Shown here in pieces: positions 36,320-48,857 of a DNA stretch of 64,000 nucleotides. The first letter of the stretch is position 1. Each line of letters begins with the position of its first letter. The position numbers were made by a program, and so were the translations under genes. The stretch is from NCBI GenBank assembly GCA_010405405.1, contig MU004235.1:1809539-1873538 (forward strand), given 5' to 3'. Under the pieces are notes generated by a model, which saw nothing but the letters and a program-made list of their open reading frames with translations, was not told where the DNA came from and made no database searches. The DNA is from Microthyrium microscopicum (taxonomy: Eukaryota).

Positions 36320-38190
36320 TTACATTGGTTGTAGACCTATCCATTTGTCGGCTGCTGGACGCCTTGATAGAATTTCAGTATTTTGCGTAAGAGCAAGAAG
36401 TTGCGAGATGGACATGTACGGTGCATTATCCGAATATTCCGCCACGCTCATGGCATCCTTGGAAGGCTGGTTATTTTTACAAACTCTACCGCTCTTGACA
36501 GTCATCATTTCACCGTTGACACCGGGTGTCACCCAGAGCAGGTTGGTAGGATCGTATTTGGTTTTGATTTCTGACAATTTAGGGTAATTCTTGCGCCAGA
36601 AAGCTTGTTTGTAGTTTGGCTCTTCATTTATTTGGTATCAAAATAAACTCGAGTGCTTTTGTTCGTACCTCATTGCCGTACACTCCAATCTTTGGATTGA
36701 GGGACGCTGGGATTTCGTCCATTGAGCTGCTAGATAAGAAAAAACGAATCGCGTTTGCTATAACCAGAGTACACATGCCATTCGCCGTGAGGTTTTCTGT
36801 TAGCAAACTTGACAACGATAGAGCGATACCCGATTTCGTATGCTGATAAGCGATGTCTTCCAATCAAGCTCGGATCGCAACCTACTTTGCTTCAAGATTT
36901 TTCCTGGCTCAGTCCATCCGAAAGTCCTATATCCTACTCACAAACCCTTATGAGCACATGGTAGTGACGGTTTCCAGATCTATGAGATTGGATAGGAACG
37001 ATTCTAAGGACCACGAAGATTGATAACATGCCAGATATGCATATGGATAGGCCTTGTATTCCGTCAGCGTTCAGCATGGCCGTGCCTTAGCGGATCGATG
37101 GGAAGGGCCATGTGCTCTATATGAGAGTACCTGTCAAAGTTCTGATAACCTGGCGAATTTGACCGTTCAAGCGTGACAGAACCGCCGTGTTCTCGACGTG
37201 ATCTGGTGTGCAAATCAACCGTAAAGCACTCGAGTTTCAAGCTCATCTGCTGAAGTTCAATGGCTGGCGTCATTTACGTCCCTCTTGATGCGCTTTTAAG
37301 CATCGTGATCGGCTCTGAATCGATCAAAAGCAGCATCATCGCCAGCTTGGAAAGACAGTACTGGTCTATGACCTCGCTTTTCAACGTGGCCAGAGACCGG
37401 GAGCAAGGTAAGTGCTTGCTGATGGCCCAGCTGGTCTCCCATAAGCGAAGGAGTGCCGATGTTCACAGCTGTCTAAGCTCGACGAGAAAGCCCATGCATT
37501 TGAAAACTTCGCTTCCATCCAACACAGGTACCTGCAGAAGTGTTGATAGGTACCTACGTAACGTGCGCGCCATATACGAGGCTAGCCTAGAGAAGCATGC
37601 AGTCAAATCGAGGAAGTAGGTTATGGCGAGATATCTCTGCTGTGCACGAAGTAGCGTCGACAATAGCTTTTCCGTCCTTTAGACTTTTCCCTATTATGAC
37701 ATCGCACAACCGATCCTAAAGAAAACAGCGAAAACAAACGTATCCCACAGCGCTTTCTATGTAGCAGCTTAAGCTTGGCCGGAAGATCCGCAATCCGCAC
37801 GGCATAACTTGCGAAATGCAGGGCAGATGATGCTAGGCTCTTGGTTTCCCAGGGGATTTTCAAGGTCGGCCCAATACTCCTACCAAGAAAAGCGCATGAT
37901 TGATTATTCGCTTTGGTGAACTCGTCACTGGTAAGCGTGTTCCTCTTTCTGGGTTATGAGGTCTTTCTCAGCTAAAGGCGTAGTCTTTCAAAACTCACAT
38001 TGGAGACTGAGACGATGCCAATGTGAGGTCCAGCCCGAGACAGATAGCATGATATCCAGCTTGTACCTCTGAATTCTGCCATTCTGTACTTGTTGGGGCT
38101 GAAACATGAGCATCCTTTGCTACGCAATCGGCTTGTTTGATAGACCGATTATTCCATGTCGCCGCCATGTGATGGTAATTCAGCACGCGT
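36320..38190 (-). pseudogene. Decayed FAD-linked oxidoreductase (berberine-bridge/BBE family)
   Basis: C-terminal BBE-like motif GVYGNE...EPNYKQAFWRKNYPKLSEIKTKYDPTNLLWVTPGV; upstream remnant AFLGRSIGP (cf. GHDxLGRS FAD motif, ~37880); many stops and frameshifts between; 5' boundary approximate. Confidence 0.6.
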
Positions 38191-38694
38191 TAATATCCAC
38201 ACGGAATGCAATCGTAATCTACAAGTCAAGAAAAGATCCCAAGCGATGGACTCTTTTCCTGTGTTCAAAGCTGAGGGACTATGTCGCTCGGACACCTGGC
38301 GGACCTGGACTTAGGGACTTCGTAATGCTAGCTCTTGAAGTCTGGTGTCTGACTATCGACCTGTGGTTGCTTTCACTTTTACCGGCCATCGTCGCTTTTA
38401 CCTCCATACGAGACATTTCTCAGATCTGTTGGACTATTTATTTTCAAAGGGTTGGCTGAAATCATCACAGTGCATCATTGTGCATCATTGTCACATTTTT
38501 TCAAAGAAGCAAGATTTGGTTGTATAACATTGTTCATAACAGTTATAAAGGCTATAGCATTGAACAAGTTCATTTTGTATTCATGGTGTATCATCCGCAG
38601 TGACGCTAATCTAGCTCAACTGCCCCTAATCCCCGTGGAGTTTCTCCAAACTCAAGACCCACAGTCAGGTGGACGCTGCACTGCCAGTCATCGT

Positions 38695-38943
38695 CTAGCA
38701 GCTGCAGTACGGAAGACCGGCCTCTTGGAAGCATTTGCATCCTGCTCCACAGACCGCAGCAACCTCCCAATGGTCGTTGTTGCAGACCGCGATCGAGAAT
38801 GGATTGGTGCCGAAGTTGCAGACGTGCTCGCCATTCGCAACGTGGACGTCGCCGCCGTTGACGCCGGGGGCGGTGCAGTCGGCTTGGACTCCGGTGATGT
38901 AGAGCATGGCGCTGACGAGAGCTAGGGAGAGGTCGAACTTCAT
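38695..38943 (-). CDS. Small secreted 8-Cys protein (82 aa), CBM19-like Cys/Trp spacing; effector candidate
   Basis: Signal peptide MKFDLSLALVSAMLYITGVQA; pattern C..C..AVCNNDHWEVAAVCGAGCKC..CSC; 5'-UTR intron 38996-38949 (GTAAGT...CTGAC...CAG). Confidence 0.8.
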   Translation of the reverse strand: MKFDLSLALVSAMLYITGVQADCTAPGVNGGDVHVANGEHVCNFGTNPFSIAVCNNDHWEVAAVCGAGCKCFQEAGLPYCSC

Positions 38944-40155
38944 GTTGACTGGACATCGTCAGCATCTGTGTTTGAAATGGTTATGAGGAGACTTACTGGT
39001 TGGATTGGTTTGGCTTTGGTTGTGTTTGTTTGGTTTGTGGTTGATGTAAGGTTTGAGTCTTGAGATTGTGTGTAGAAGAATCGTGTGCGAAAAGTGTGGT
39101 GAAGGAGAACAGGTTACGAGGTGACAGCGGGAGATTATATAGTTGAAGAACTGGACTTCCTTCCCTTTACAAAATTGCCTAATCGCTGCTAGTAAGTTCC
39201 ATTTGCGTGAAATGGTGAGGATAATAATTGACTACAGTTGAAAGGGTGAGACTTCAGGTCGCTAGAAGACGCAACAGAACAGGCAATACGCCTTTGATAG
39301 TGCTTCATACGGCAAGTCGAACAGTCAAAACTCAAAGAGCAATCGCTCTTCTTTTCGAAATCGGCAAGCGCATAACAACATCGCTTGTCAACTTTGGCAA
39401 AATAAGTTCAACGACCCATGATGACTGACAACCCTGTCGATTTGGTGACAGTATTTGAGACTGAAGCTTTGAGTCTAAGCAACTGAGGTTTCCTCCTCAA
39501 TCAGTCATCTGATTCTTCTCGCAAGTGACCTCAACTAGCCTCTTTATAGCAAGCTAAACCGGCGTAGATGTGAGCTATTTAGAAATAGTGAAACCTCCTT
39601 GTTCTAACAGCGACTACTCGAAAGAGAAGGCGATAGGACTAGCCTCAAGCTACAGTGTCTGAAGTTCTAGTTCCGCCCTTAGCTTTTTTGGTGATGTTGC
39701 GGCTCCGAACTCAATGTAAGCAGGAGTTTAGTGCTGCAGCAAATCGAACCAAATTTAAGACTGCTGAGATCTATTGATGCTGTAAATGGAACAGCTCCGT
39801 TGACATCTATTGTACATTTCCAAGAGTAAGGATAGATACTGGGAAACTGTGAAGCGTTCGATAAACTAACATATGTTGACTCTCATGACAGTTGTGAGAA
39901 ATTTCTGGAGGTCATACTACTGAGCTCGATATTATTTGCAGAACACCACTATCCCGAGGAGCGTTGAATCAGTTCGTCCTTTTTCCAAACCAAATCTTCT
40001 TACAACTGTCCAGACCTCGCTCCTAATTCAACAAGTCGCTCAATCGCTCCAGAAATAAACCCATCCACCCAAGCACAAACGCAAACTCCGCATCCAACAC
40101 AATATCACAAATCCCAATCTTCCACATTACATTTCCCGACCTCCAAACATCCCAC

Positions 40156-41204
40156 CTAAAAATTCTTCAAAATCCCCGGCTGTATCTTCTCCAACTTCGC
40201 ACTCAACTCCTCCCACACCCTCCTCTGCAACACCACCCCCTTCTCACTCTCCACCAACGGCGCCACATCCCTAATCTGACAATTCATCAAAAACCGTCCA
40301 TGACTGTCCTGCCCCGCCTGCGTCGCATGCACCAACGTCCGACTCCCCACCTCCGTCGTCCGCGCCCCAAAAGCAGTCTTCACAATCGTCCCCTTGAGCC
40401 CTGCCTCGCGCATAAGTTCGCTTTTACACAGACCCGGGGTCAGAAAGTTGGTGATGACAGGGTAGTCGGGGTTTGACATGTAGTCGTCGACCATTTGCCG
40501 GGATGCGAACACTTCGAGGAGTTTGGAGAGCTGGTAGCGGTCGGATTGGTATTTGGCGTTGGGGTCGTTGAGGGTGGCGAAGATGGAGGTTGTGGGGGGA
40601 AGGGAGGTTAGGTAGGGAGCTTGGGTCATGAAGTGCATTTCGGAGGAGACGATTGTTAGGTAGGATTTTTTGCCGGTTGTGGCGGCGGTGGATTTGAGGA
40701 TGGGGAGGAGGAGGAGGGCGAGGAGGTAGGTTGAGACTACGTTTACGCTGGTTTGGAAATGTTAGTATGACAATCTGACGGCATATGGGGATGGGGAAGG
40801 ATATACGTGATGGTGGATTCATTGTCTTCTAGTAGAGTGAATTTCTCGGTCGCGATTCCGGCGTTTTCAAGTAAGATGTCGAGTCTGTCCAATTTGGATG
40901 CTTTTGCTGCGAATTCTTTTACGCTGGCGTAGGAGGAGAGGTCGAGTTGCCATACTTCCACGACTCCTTTTCTTCCTGTGGTTGCCTCAATATCGGTCTT
41001 TGCGGTCTCGCCTTTCTTGAGAGTGCGGACGGCGAGGATTACGCGAGCTGCGTCGAGGTTTACGATATGTCGAGCTGCTTCAAGTCCTAGTCCGATATTG
41101 GCGCCTGTCACGATAACGGTTTGTCCGGTGTATGTGGTGGTTGGTACTGGAGGAGTAAAGGTCCATTGGCCTTTGACCCAGCCTGCGAAGAAGGATAGAG
41201 ACAT
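40156..41204 (-). CDS. Short-chain dehydrogenase/reductase (retinol dehydrogenase-like); exons 41204-40807, 40747-40156
   Basis: VTGANIGLG, LDLSSYASV, LLENAG, TITVNVVSTYLL after splicing, YQLSK, PGLCKSEL. Confidence 0.9.
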
Positions 41205-41206
41205 TG

Positions 41207-41300
41207 TTGAATACGATCTTGAATCGTTTGAATCGTTTGAATCGTAGGAATCGTCTGAATTGTCTGAATTGTCTGAATTGTTTGAACCGTTTCAATTGTC
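41207..41300 (+). repeat. 9-bp tandem repeat (tgaatcgtt / tgaattgtc) immediately upstream of the SDR start codon
   Basis: ttgaatcgtttgaatcgtttgaatcgtaggaatcgtctgaattgtctgaattgtctgaattgtttgaaccgttt. Confidence 0.85.
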
Positions 41301-42226
41301 CAAATTCATTAACCTGTTTCACTTGTCCAAACTATCAAATCATAAAAGTGTGGAAGATGATTCAATATCCATTATCACAGTACCCGGAGGAAGTTATATG
41401 TGTACATCAATCAAGGTACGCCACGGCCATCCATGACGAGGAGCATACCCGGATACCAGCTTTGATCGGCCCGGGGATTATGGAATCGAGATACTCCTTA
41501 CTCAGCCAAATTGTGTGTTGAAACATTATTGTTTTGCGAGTAATTTCCTCCAGTGTTGCTATCTTTCAAGAATATGTTTATTCAGAGTCGGCGTTGGTAA
41601 TTGATCCGTCGGGCTAATGTTGATCCAAGTGGAGATTAGGAATCATTGTACACCTTGGTCAAAAAGCTCGGGTCCGAGACTTTGAGAACTATGTAATATA
41701 AGTCCGCCGAAAACCGAGAGAGATAGAAATAACTTTGTGTACTTGATTGATAGATCATGCATCTCAAAATCCAGTTCTCTATTCTTCACTGAATGCTTGT
41801 CTGGTAGAGCGCATCACCGGATAAAGATAGCTTTGCTTGCGACCCTCCAAGCAGCGAAAGTATGGAGATCATGCTCAATGAAGAATAGATATCATAGATC
41901 TATGAATATATACAACATAATGCATCTATAAAGCCTCAACAACTCTTTCCTCCTGCTTCATTAAGAACGAAAACATTACAACATCGCTTCCCTTCATGAA
42001 AGCCAATACTTTTTATCCCAATCCATGCTATCCATCCAAAAACATTGTTTCAATATAAACAGGGAAAAGAAATACTCAGAAAAGGAGTGATGGTTTAAAA
42101 ACCACGATGCAAATACGCTGACAAAATGCAAAAAGATGTGCCGCCTCTACCCAAGCCTGTAATCTTGCACATGAAACAGGCAAGCCTATCCAATCTCCCG
42201 GAAATCATCATCTCGAGTGGGTAAAA

Positions 42227-43184
42227 TTACCTTGCCGCTCCACTTCCTGCTCTCCGTAACTTTGACGGCACTCTCTTTGGTGGCTCTACACCGATTTCTT
42301 TATTCTCTGCGCCCATCTCCTTATCCCAGCGCACCTGTCCTCCCGATGCTCCTCTCGGTCTCCCCGATCCAGAACCAGATTCGTTTACGCTGCGCAGACT
42401 TGGTCGAGAACCTAGAGCCGCACTCGAGTTTCTAGTTTGCGCGCCCGGGGCTGTGCCAGCAAGATATTGTTGGCTGGTAGCTCTACTGCCCGGTACGCTG
42501 GTCATACTACCAGGCGCATTTGGGTGTTTATTTCTCAGGCTGGCGGCGGCTTCGGCAGCGACGAGTGTACTATTGCGATTCGCGGGAAGCATTGCGCGGC
42601 GTCGGGCGGATCTTCGTTTGAGCCAGATTCCTAGTAGGATGGCGATTATGGCGGCGAGAATGAGGACAATTACCATTATTATCCAACGGTAGTTTATTTG
42701 GATCCTATAGCTTGTTAGTGGTGAGCAGAGAAGACGGATACAACACATACCATGACTTGTTTTGGTTGTTGGAGCTGCCCTTTGAACCTCCCACCGCTGT
42801 CGCTGCTGTCAAGGCGGTTGTTGTTGCGGTTGTTGTGGTTTGCGCGGGTGCAGCAGCGGCGGCAGTGCCAGCACATATGGTTGTTTGAAACCATTTAAGA
42901 ACGTTTTGCATGTCGGCCGCTGAACAATAGGCGGCGTCGCATAGTCCAGTCGTCTGGCCGGCTTTGAGCGCAGCAAGAGAAGGAGTATTACAATAGCAAT
43001 TATTAAGGGCGGCTGTGGAAGGAGGATTGACGCTCGACGCGCATATTTGTTGAGCCTGTACGAGTAGTGGACATGTTTGGCATGCTGGTGCGGTACTAAG
43101 AATTTGTTGGGCAGTCGTGAGCGATGAGAAGACACCGAGGAGGGTGAGTATTCGCGAGAGAGGTATTATTCGGAGAGACAACAT
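42227..43184 (-). CDS. Single-pass membrane protein with signal peptide and Cys-rich (CFEM-like) ectodomain; exons 43184-42751, 42704-42227
   Basis: Signal peptide, Cys cluster, Thr/Ala stalk, spliced KSWIQINYRWIIMVIVLILAAIIAILLGIWLKRR TM helix, basic tail. Confidence 0.8.
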
Positions 43185-44613
43185 TATAGGAGCGACTGTA
43201 TGCGATTACTGGTAGGAATGGAGGGTCGATCTGGTGGCAGTGGTATCTGGTTGTATTATCAATAAAAAAATATATTGGGATGCTGATAGTCTGCTATGGG
43301 CTCGGAGTTGGGCGGAGAGCAGAGCTTGAAGCAGCTGAAAGCGAGTGTTGCGATGCGGGTGTGTCTAGTGGCGATATGAATAGAACGAGGGGTATTGCTG
43401 GCAGAAGGAGGCGATCATATTGTGTATTGTATGGTGAAGTTCCTGAAGATAGACGACAAGGAGGTTGACTCGGTGGTGGTGGTTGGAGATGTTGGAGCTG
43501 ACAGCTGTTGAGGGCCTTGAGGCGAAAGGCAGGTGGACTCCACGCGAAGGCCAGATCCTGGAAGCTGGAATGTGCCTTCCCGTATTTGGTACCCGACTCC
43601 CGACAGAGCAATCACGATCCTCCTAGAGGCTAGCAGAAGCCTGAAGGAAGGTTCGACCAATATCCCTACAGGAAACTGGAGGAAGAAGACGATTGCCTAA
43701 AAGGGGCTGTAAGATAGAGAAATCAAAGATGACAAAATAAAAAAGAATTGAATTGTATACAGTAGCTACAACATCAAAATATCATGTTGTGCTTCTTCTT
43801 GTCATTCTCCACAAAACTCCAGACTTGCACAAAACTCTTAGTCTCTCTTGGCATCCCCGGCTGGACCCTTGCTCCATCTTGTGCTTCTACCGCTCTCTGG
43901 CTCGTGGCGATTTCAATGCTTTGTTCCATTTCTATAATTGGCCAGTATCTCCAATATTGTGGTCATCTCGAGCTAAAAAGGCATAGCTTCTCTCATCTTT
44001 AGCTAGCGCATATCCAGAAAAGGCTTCTCCTTACCAAAGGCCTTGCCGGAGGGGATTCCATCTTCTTTAACAGCTTTCTACCAAAATTAGACTCTCTCAA
44101 AAGCTAGTACTCCGCTGAGGCATGCACTTTATTTGTTCTTCATGTCCGAATCTCGACAAAGAATCTCGAAAATAAGAGCAGGAACTCAAATAGGTTCTTG
44201 TCTTCAGACGCGAAATGCAGGGGTGCATCTCAATACCACCTCGACAGGTGTTGACACTTCACCCGCTTCCAAACAAAACATCATTTTGGAACGACAAAAG
44301 TGTGTCTAGGGTATTTAACTATGGCTGCTTTTGAGTATCTTATTCCTGTTACGTTTTTATGTCTGGCCTGTGTTGGTTTCAGACTCTAGCAGGAACAAGC
44401 TCCTCAATGTCAATGCTTGAGGAAGGAAACCCAGATACATCATCCATCATCAGATCATGAAGGCAGCAAGAGACCAAAGATTGGAACCGAGGACGCCTTG
44501 CAAGTTGAGGAAACTTGACTTTGTTGCTAGGAGTTTGCCTTAGAAAATCCAACAATGAAGCTGTACAGGCTACTGACTTTCTGATCACAAGCAAGCAATT
44601 CAAGCCAATCTCT

Positions 44614-46359
44614 CTAATAAATATGGAAATCTTCCAGAGGCGCAACAGGCTCCCTATCATATGCCGCAGCCCAGTCAATGTCTGCAACTCCCTGGCCCTC
44701 CATAACCCAAGGGATATAACATTCACCGACCAAATACCATGCCTTTTTACACGGTCTCAACACAAACGGTAGTTCAAACCCCAGGAAAACACAAATTATA
44801 TCACTAGTAGCTGTTGTCCACGGAGCATATCCACTCTCGTTACCGTTCTGGATAACACAAACCCTCTTATCTTTATTCATTTCGCGCCTCGTCAACTGAT
44901 CAGGTTCTGTCTTCCAATCTTGGTATAGAGAAGACCTCTCATCAACGCACCCAAGTCTCCAGTCAAAACCAGAGATTCTCTTTAGCCACGTTGCTGTGTT
45001 ACCTTTGTCCATTATCGCATATTCTGGATACATGTCCATCGGAGCTGAGAACTTCTCACAATACTTCTTCCGTGCCCAGAAATTTGGCCGCGATTCCCAT
45101 TCTGCTAGCGCGCTGACGATCTTTGGCTGCTCAACGGTATGAAACCGCTTCCCACGTATGCAAAGCCCGCAGCCTTCTAGTGGCGTCAGAAGTGCTTTAT
45201 CGGCAATGCGCTCAAAGCTGGTATTGCTATGGTCACTGGCGCTATACCAGCGTGAAGCGTCTGAGCCGGGACAAAAGGCGGACTGGATGTACCCCGGCTG
45301 AGACAGGTGTCGTAGACATCTCCAGTCAATGGTCCAGCTTGGGAGATGACGACGGTTGGCTAGTTCAATGCCGATTGCTGCCGCGAGAGCTTTTGTTGCG
45401 CCGTGGCTTAGTAGATGGCGCGATATATTTGTGTAGACTTCTTCGACACTGCGGGAGTAGTTCGCCTCCAGGTCAGGAGGTATGTCGCCTTCAAGCAAGG
45501 AAATTATTGCAAAGAGCTTATCGCGCGGGTCCTCGCATTGGTAAGAGGCAGATTCGCACAAAACATTGAACAGATGAATGGAGTTTGTGAGGGTGTCGGA
45601 TCCCGAGGTCCTCGCACCAGTTGTTTGACTTCTCTTGCTCTCCTCAGCATCAGTCCTAAGCATCCCCATTGACCTATGCTCTCTGTTCCCAGAGACACGT
45701 TGCTTGCGTAGTCTGCGAAGATCAGCTGGGAATATCTCCTTCATATTAAGTACACCACCACCACTCGTCACCTGGCTAGCAAGGGCAGTTTCTTCTATTC
45801 TGTTCTTCCCAGCCTGGATCACCAGCCGCTTGGAAAGCAAGACTTCCTGAATCACCCAGGTTCTAGTAAACCAAGGTCGCGACAAAATCATTGCTGCACT
45901 ACGCTTGATGTCCAGAGTCGGATCCAAAGCTTTCGAAATATGCATTCGACTCAAATCATAGGAACTACTGTCTGCTTCGCCAATATAAGCGATTGTCCGA
46001 GACGCACTGCGGTACAGGTCTGCCATAAGTGGAATCTGATGGTTCTTCTCTAATATGCCTTCCTGGTTGATGGACAATGCGTCAACCCATAATATTCTTG
46101 GCCCGTCTTTGGTAAGACTCCATAGCATGTCCTGACAGTTGCTGGTCATGTATAGCACATGTCCGGTTTTACGGTGCCGAATAGTCTTGTCCCGGTCTTT
46201 GGAGCCCCAGGTGTATGAGACCGCTTCATAGACTGGCGAATTATTCAAGCTAACGTGAGAGAAGTCGAAGAGCAGGCTTCCATTCTTGGACCTGGAGGCA
46301 TGTAACAGTCGTATTGTTCTGTTGTCTTCAAGGGGTTGATATTGATACTGGTTTGGCAT
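44614..46359 (-). CDS. HET-domain (heterokaryon incompatibility, Het-6-like) protein
   Basis: YQYQPL..IRLL, YEAVSYTWG, LWVDALSINQ..EKNHQIPLMADLY, RPWFTRTWVIQE, DPRDKLFA, LPSWTIDW, PFVLR..LVGECY..M.G; ATG 46359 chosen as start. Confidence 0.92.
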   Translation of the reverse strand: MPNQYQYQPLEDNRTIRLLHASRSKNGSLLFDFSHVSLNNSPVYEAVSYTWGSKDRDKTIRHRKTGHVLYMTSNCQDMLWSLTKDGPRILWVDALSINQEGILEKNHQIPLMADLYRSASRTIAYIGEADSSSYDLSRMHISKALDPTLDIKRSAAMILSRPWFTRTWVIQEVLLSKRLVIQAGKNRIEETALASQVTSGGGVLNMKEIFPADLRRLRKQRVSGNREHRSMGMLRTDAEESKRSQTTGARTSGSDTLTNSIHLFNVLCESASYQCEDPRDKLFAIISLLEGDIPPDLEANYSRSVEEVYTNISRHLLSHGATKALAAAIGIELANRRHLPSWTIDWRCLRHLSQPGYIQSAFCPGSDASRWYSASDHSNTSFERIADKALLTPLEGCGLCIRGKRFHTVEQPKIVSALAEWESRPNFWARKKYCEKFSAPMDMYPEYAIMDKGNTATWLKRISGFDWRLGCVDERSSLYQDWKTEPDQLTRREMNKDKRVCVIQNGNESGYAPWTTATSDIICVFLGFELPFVLRPCKKAWYLVGECYIPWVMEGQGVADIDWAAAYDREPVAPLEDFHIY

Positions 46360-46871
46360 TTCTGAGATGAGGTTTTTTATCTCGATCGTTCTTGAATCCG
46401 GGAGATGACAAAGAGGAGAAAACAGAGCGACATGGTCCCCAGTCAAATGGTCGATGCTGCGCCTCCCCTCCCCGGATCAATATACCGCGAGTGCTGATTT
46501 GCGCGCAAGGCATGGTAAAGTTCGAGCCTTATATCACCTATTGAACTTCAACCTGTATTCAGATTTCTGGTGTTTGCGGTAAAGCGATAAATGTGTGGCG
46601 ATAAGCTTCAGGTTGGATAATTTTATGGCCCAATTTGGAAGAGTGCATGGCGGCTCACATTCCCTCCCGTCTGCGCCTTCCCATAACCTGCAATACCATC
46701 CAATCATTCACGCGGCCTCCGAGTGTTACAGTTTCACACTCGTTTGCCGCTTTTCTACTTCCCAAAGTAAAGAGGATGGGACTCTTATTATTTAGCTTGC
46801 AACATGTCTTCGAACTCATCCACTTGAGCTGGAGAAATTCTCCCTCAACGACAAAAGAACAACCTACGCAG

Positions 46872-47499
46872 ATGGCCAGTTTATACCCATACGCAAGCCA
46901 GTTAATCACCCAACAACTCCCCGCTCTAGCAACCCGAATTCAAACCATGGCTGCTGAACAGGGACCACGCATCGCTGGCATGGCCGTCGAAGCTGCTGGT
47001 AAGGCCACTGTAGCTGCGCGCGAGCATGTGCCAAAGGTCGCCGGCGAGGTAAAAATAAATCATCTCGACTGTCTGGAGAAAGACCTATTGACACCTTACT
47101 AGGCCCTGAAGATCGCGAAAGGCAACCCAATTCCAGTCGCAATTGGAACCGCCGGACTTGCCATTGTTGCCGTTCCCGCACTCGTTGTGGCTCCAGCTCT
47201 CGCCGCTGCTGGCTTTGGAAGTGCTGGTGTTAGTGCCGGTAAGTTTTTCATACAAAAAAGCTTCATGCTTCCAAGATGATTCTAATGGATCGTCAGGCAC
47301 TCTTGCAGCTGCCGCCCAGGTTCCGAATGTTGCTGCAGGAAGTGGATTCGCGATTCTTACAAGTGCTGGTGCTGGCGGTGCAGGTCTGGCTGTGGTCAAT
47401 GGGGTCGTTCAAGTCGGTGCTGCAATCGGGGCGACTGTGGGCGGTGGGATTGCGAGCCTATATGGCAAGGAATCTGGAAAGGTTCTTGCTAAGCTGTAG
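46872..47499 (+). CDS. Small Gly/Ala-rich hydrophobic protein, Ifi-6-16/ISG12 (IFI27)-like (~171 aa); exons 46872-47048, 47103-47238, 47297-47499
   Basis: Spliced product contains AAGFGSAGVSAGTLAAAAQ..NVAAGSGFAILTSAGAGG, matching the ISG12-type motif pattern; two canonical introns keep the frame. Confidence 0.7.
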
Positions 47500-47976
47500 T
47501 TCGCAAAACTTTCCTCGTCTGGGAGATCTTGATCAAAAGCGGACGACTCAGGTAGATAACTGAGAGTGTCAACAACTCAATCTCTTTCTCTGAAACATTT
47601 ATCTCTTGTTGTTTGCTTATCTAGATTTCTTCGCCTGGGCCGGACTGCTGATCAGTTGAGTGTAGTGACCACTTAGCCATGCATCGATATCTTTGGAATA
47701 TTGGCCCTGTTGGCTTCACGATTAGCCAGACCTCCAGTGGCGCATACCGGCTTAGAATAATCATGCTATTTCTTGTATGAAGTCAAGATTTCGTTGAATG
47801 TTTGAGGGATAGAAAAATTGAAATCATGGATTGAAGTAAGGAGAGGTTGGAGAAATGTTCGGTACGCCACCAAAAAAACCAACCCCCTAAAGCCCAGATC
47901 TCGCGTTGTACAACCTCATTCTTTCAGTCCTCCGTCGTACGTAGATTTTGACCTATTTTCATCCGGCAGGCCAATC

Positions 47977-48857
47977 ATGCCGCCATATCGTATGTCAACA
48001 AATAGCAGCGAAAGTTTTGAGCCTGCGGATGTGCGCCAGATTCTGCACGCTCTTATGGATGGCCAGCTGAATCTAGATCATGACGATGACGCATCAGTCA
48101 ACGACAAAAAGACTCGTCGTCGTAAGAGAAACCGCAAAGCACCAGTTCTTCCGAAAATAGACCACCCGGATTTCCCCAGCAACGCTCCACAAGGACATCC
48201 GCACATCATCGACATTGACAAGGTTGAGGATGGACAAAAGTGCCTCTCCCAGCTCACTCTCGCTGATGGCATATTAACATGCCTATACAATTACCAGAAG
48301 CATACCGGAGACACTACTGTTCTGGAAAAGTTCTTTGGTCGCGTCGATGATGCGAAAGGTCATGTCAATGGCAAAGGAGGAAGTCAATTCAAGTATGGCG
48401 AATGTAGCTTCAAGAGCTGGAGTTCATTTTTCATTCCATGCTACCTTATGCGCACGGGAACTGAAATCTTGGTGAGTCTGAGTCGGAATCCCCTTTTCTG
48501 GTGTGAAAAAGTCTGATCAGTTAGGCTGGGCTCCGTGAACCGGACTCCATTGGGTGGGAGTATCAGATCCTATACCACATTGAGGATGATGGCAAATGGG
48601 AGCCGGTTGGAACTCATGGAATGTACACGCCAGAAAACCGTAACCATGATTTGAAGATGATTGAACATCATGGTAATATGCTCGCAAAGCATGTCATTTT
48701 CTCGGGAAGATGGGCCGCTAGCGACTTTACCACTGTTGAGTATGAAGTTTACGCTCCTTTTTCTGAAGAGGACACAGAAAGCGAGTCAGATGATAACGAG
48801 GACGATTGGGTTGACACAGATGATGATGAAGATGACCAAATAGCGGCCGCAGAGTAA
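47977..48857 (+). CDS. Hypothetical protein with basic NLS-like patch and acidic tail; exons 47977-48471, 48525-48857
   Basis: Two ORFs joined in frame by a GTGAGT...CTGAT...TAG intron; KKTRRRKRNRK motif; D/E-rich end. Confidence 0.7.
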
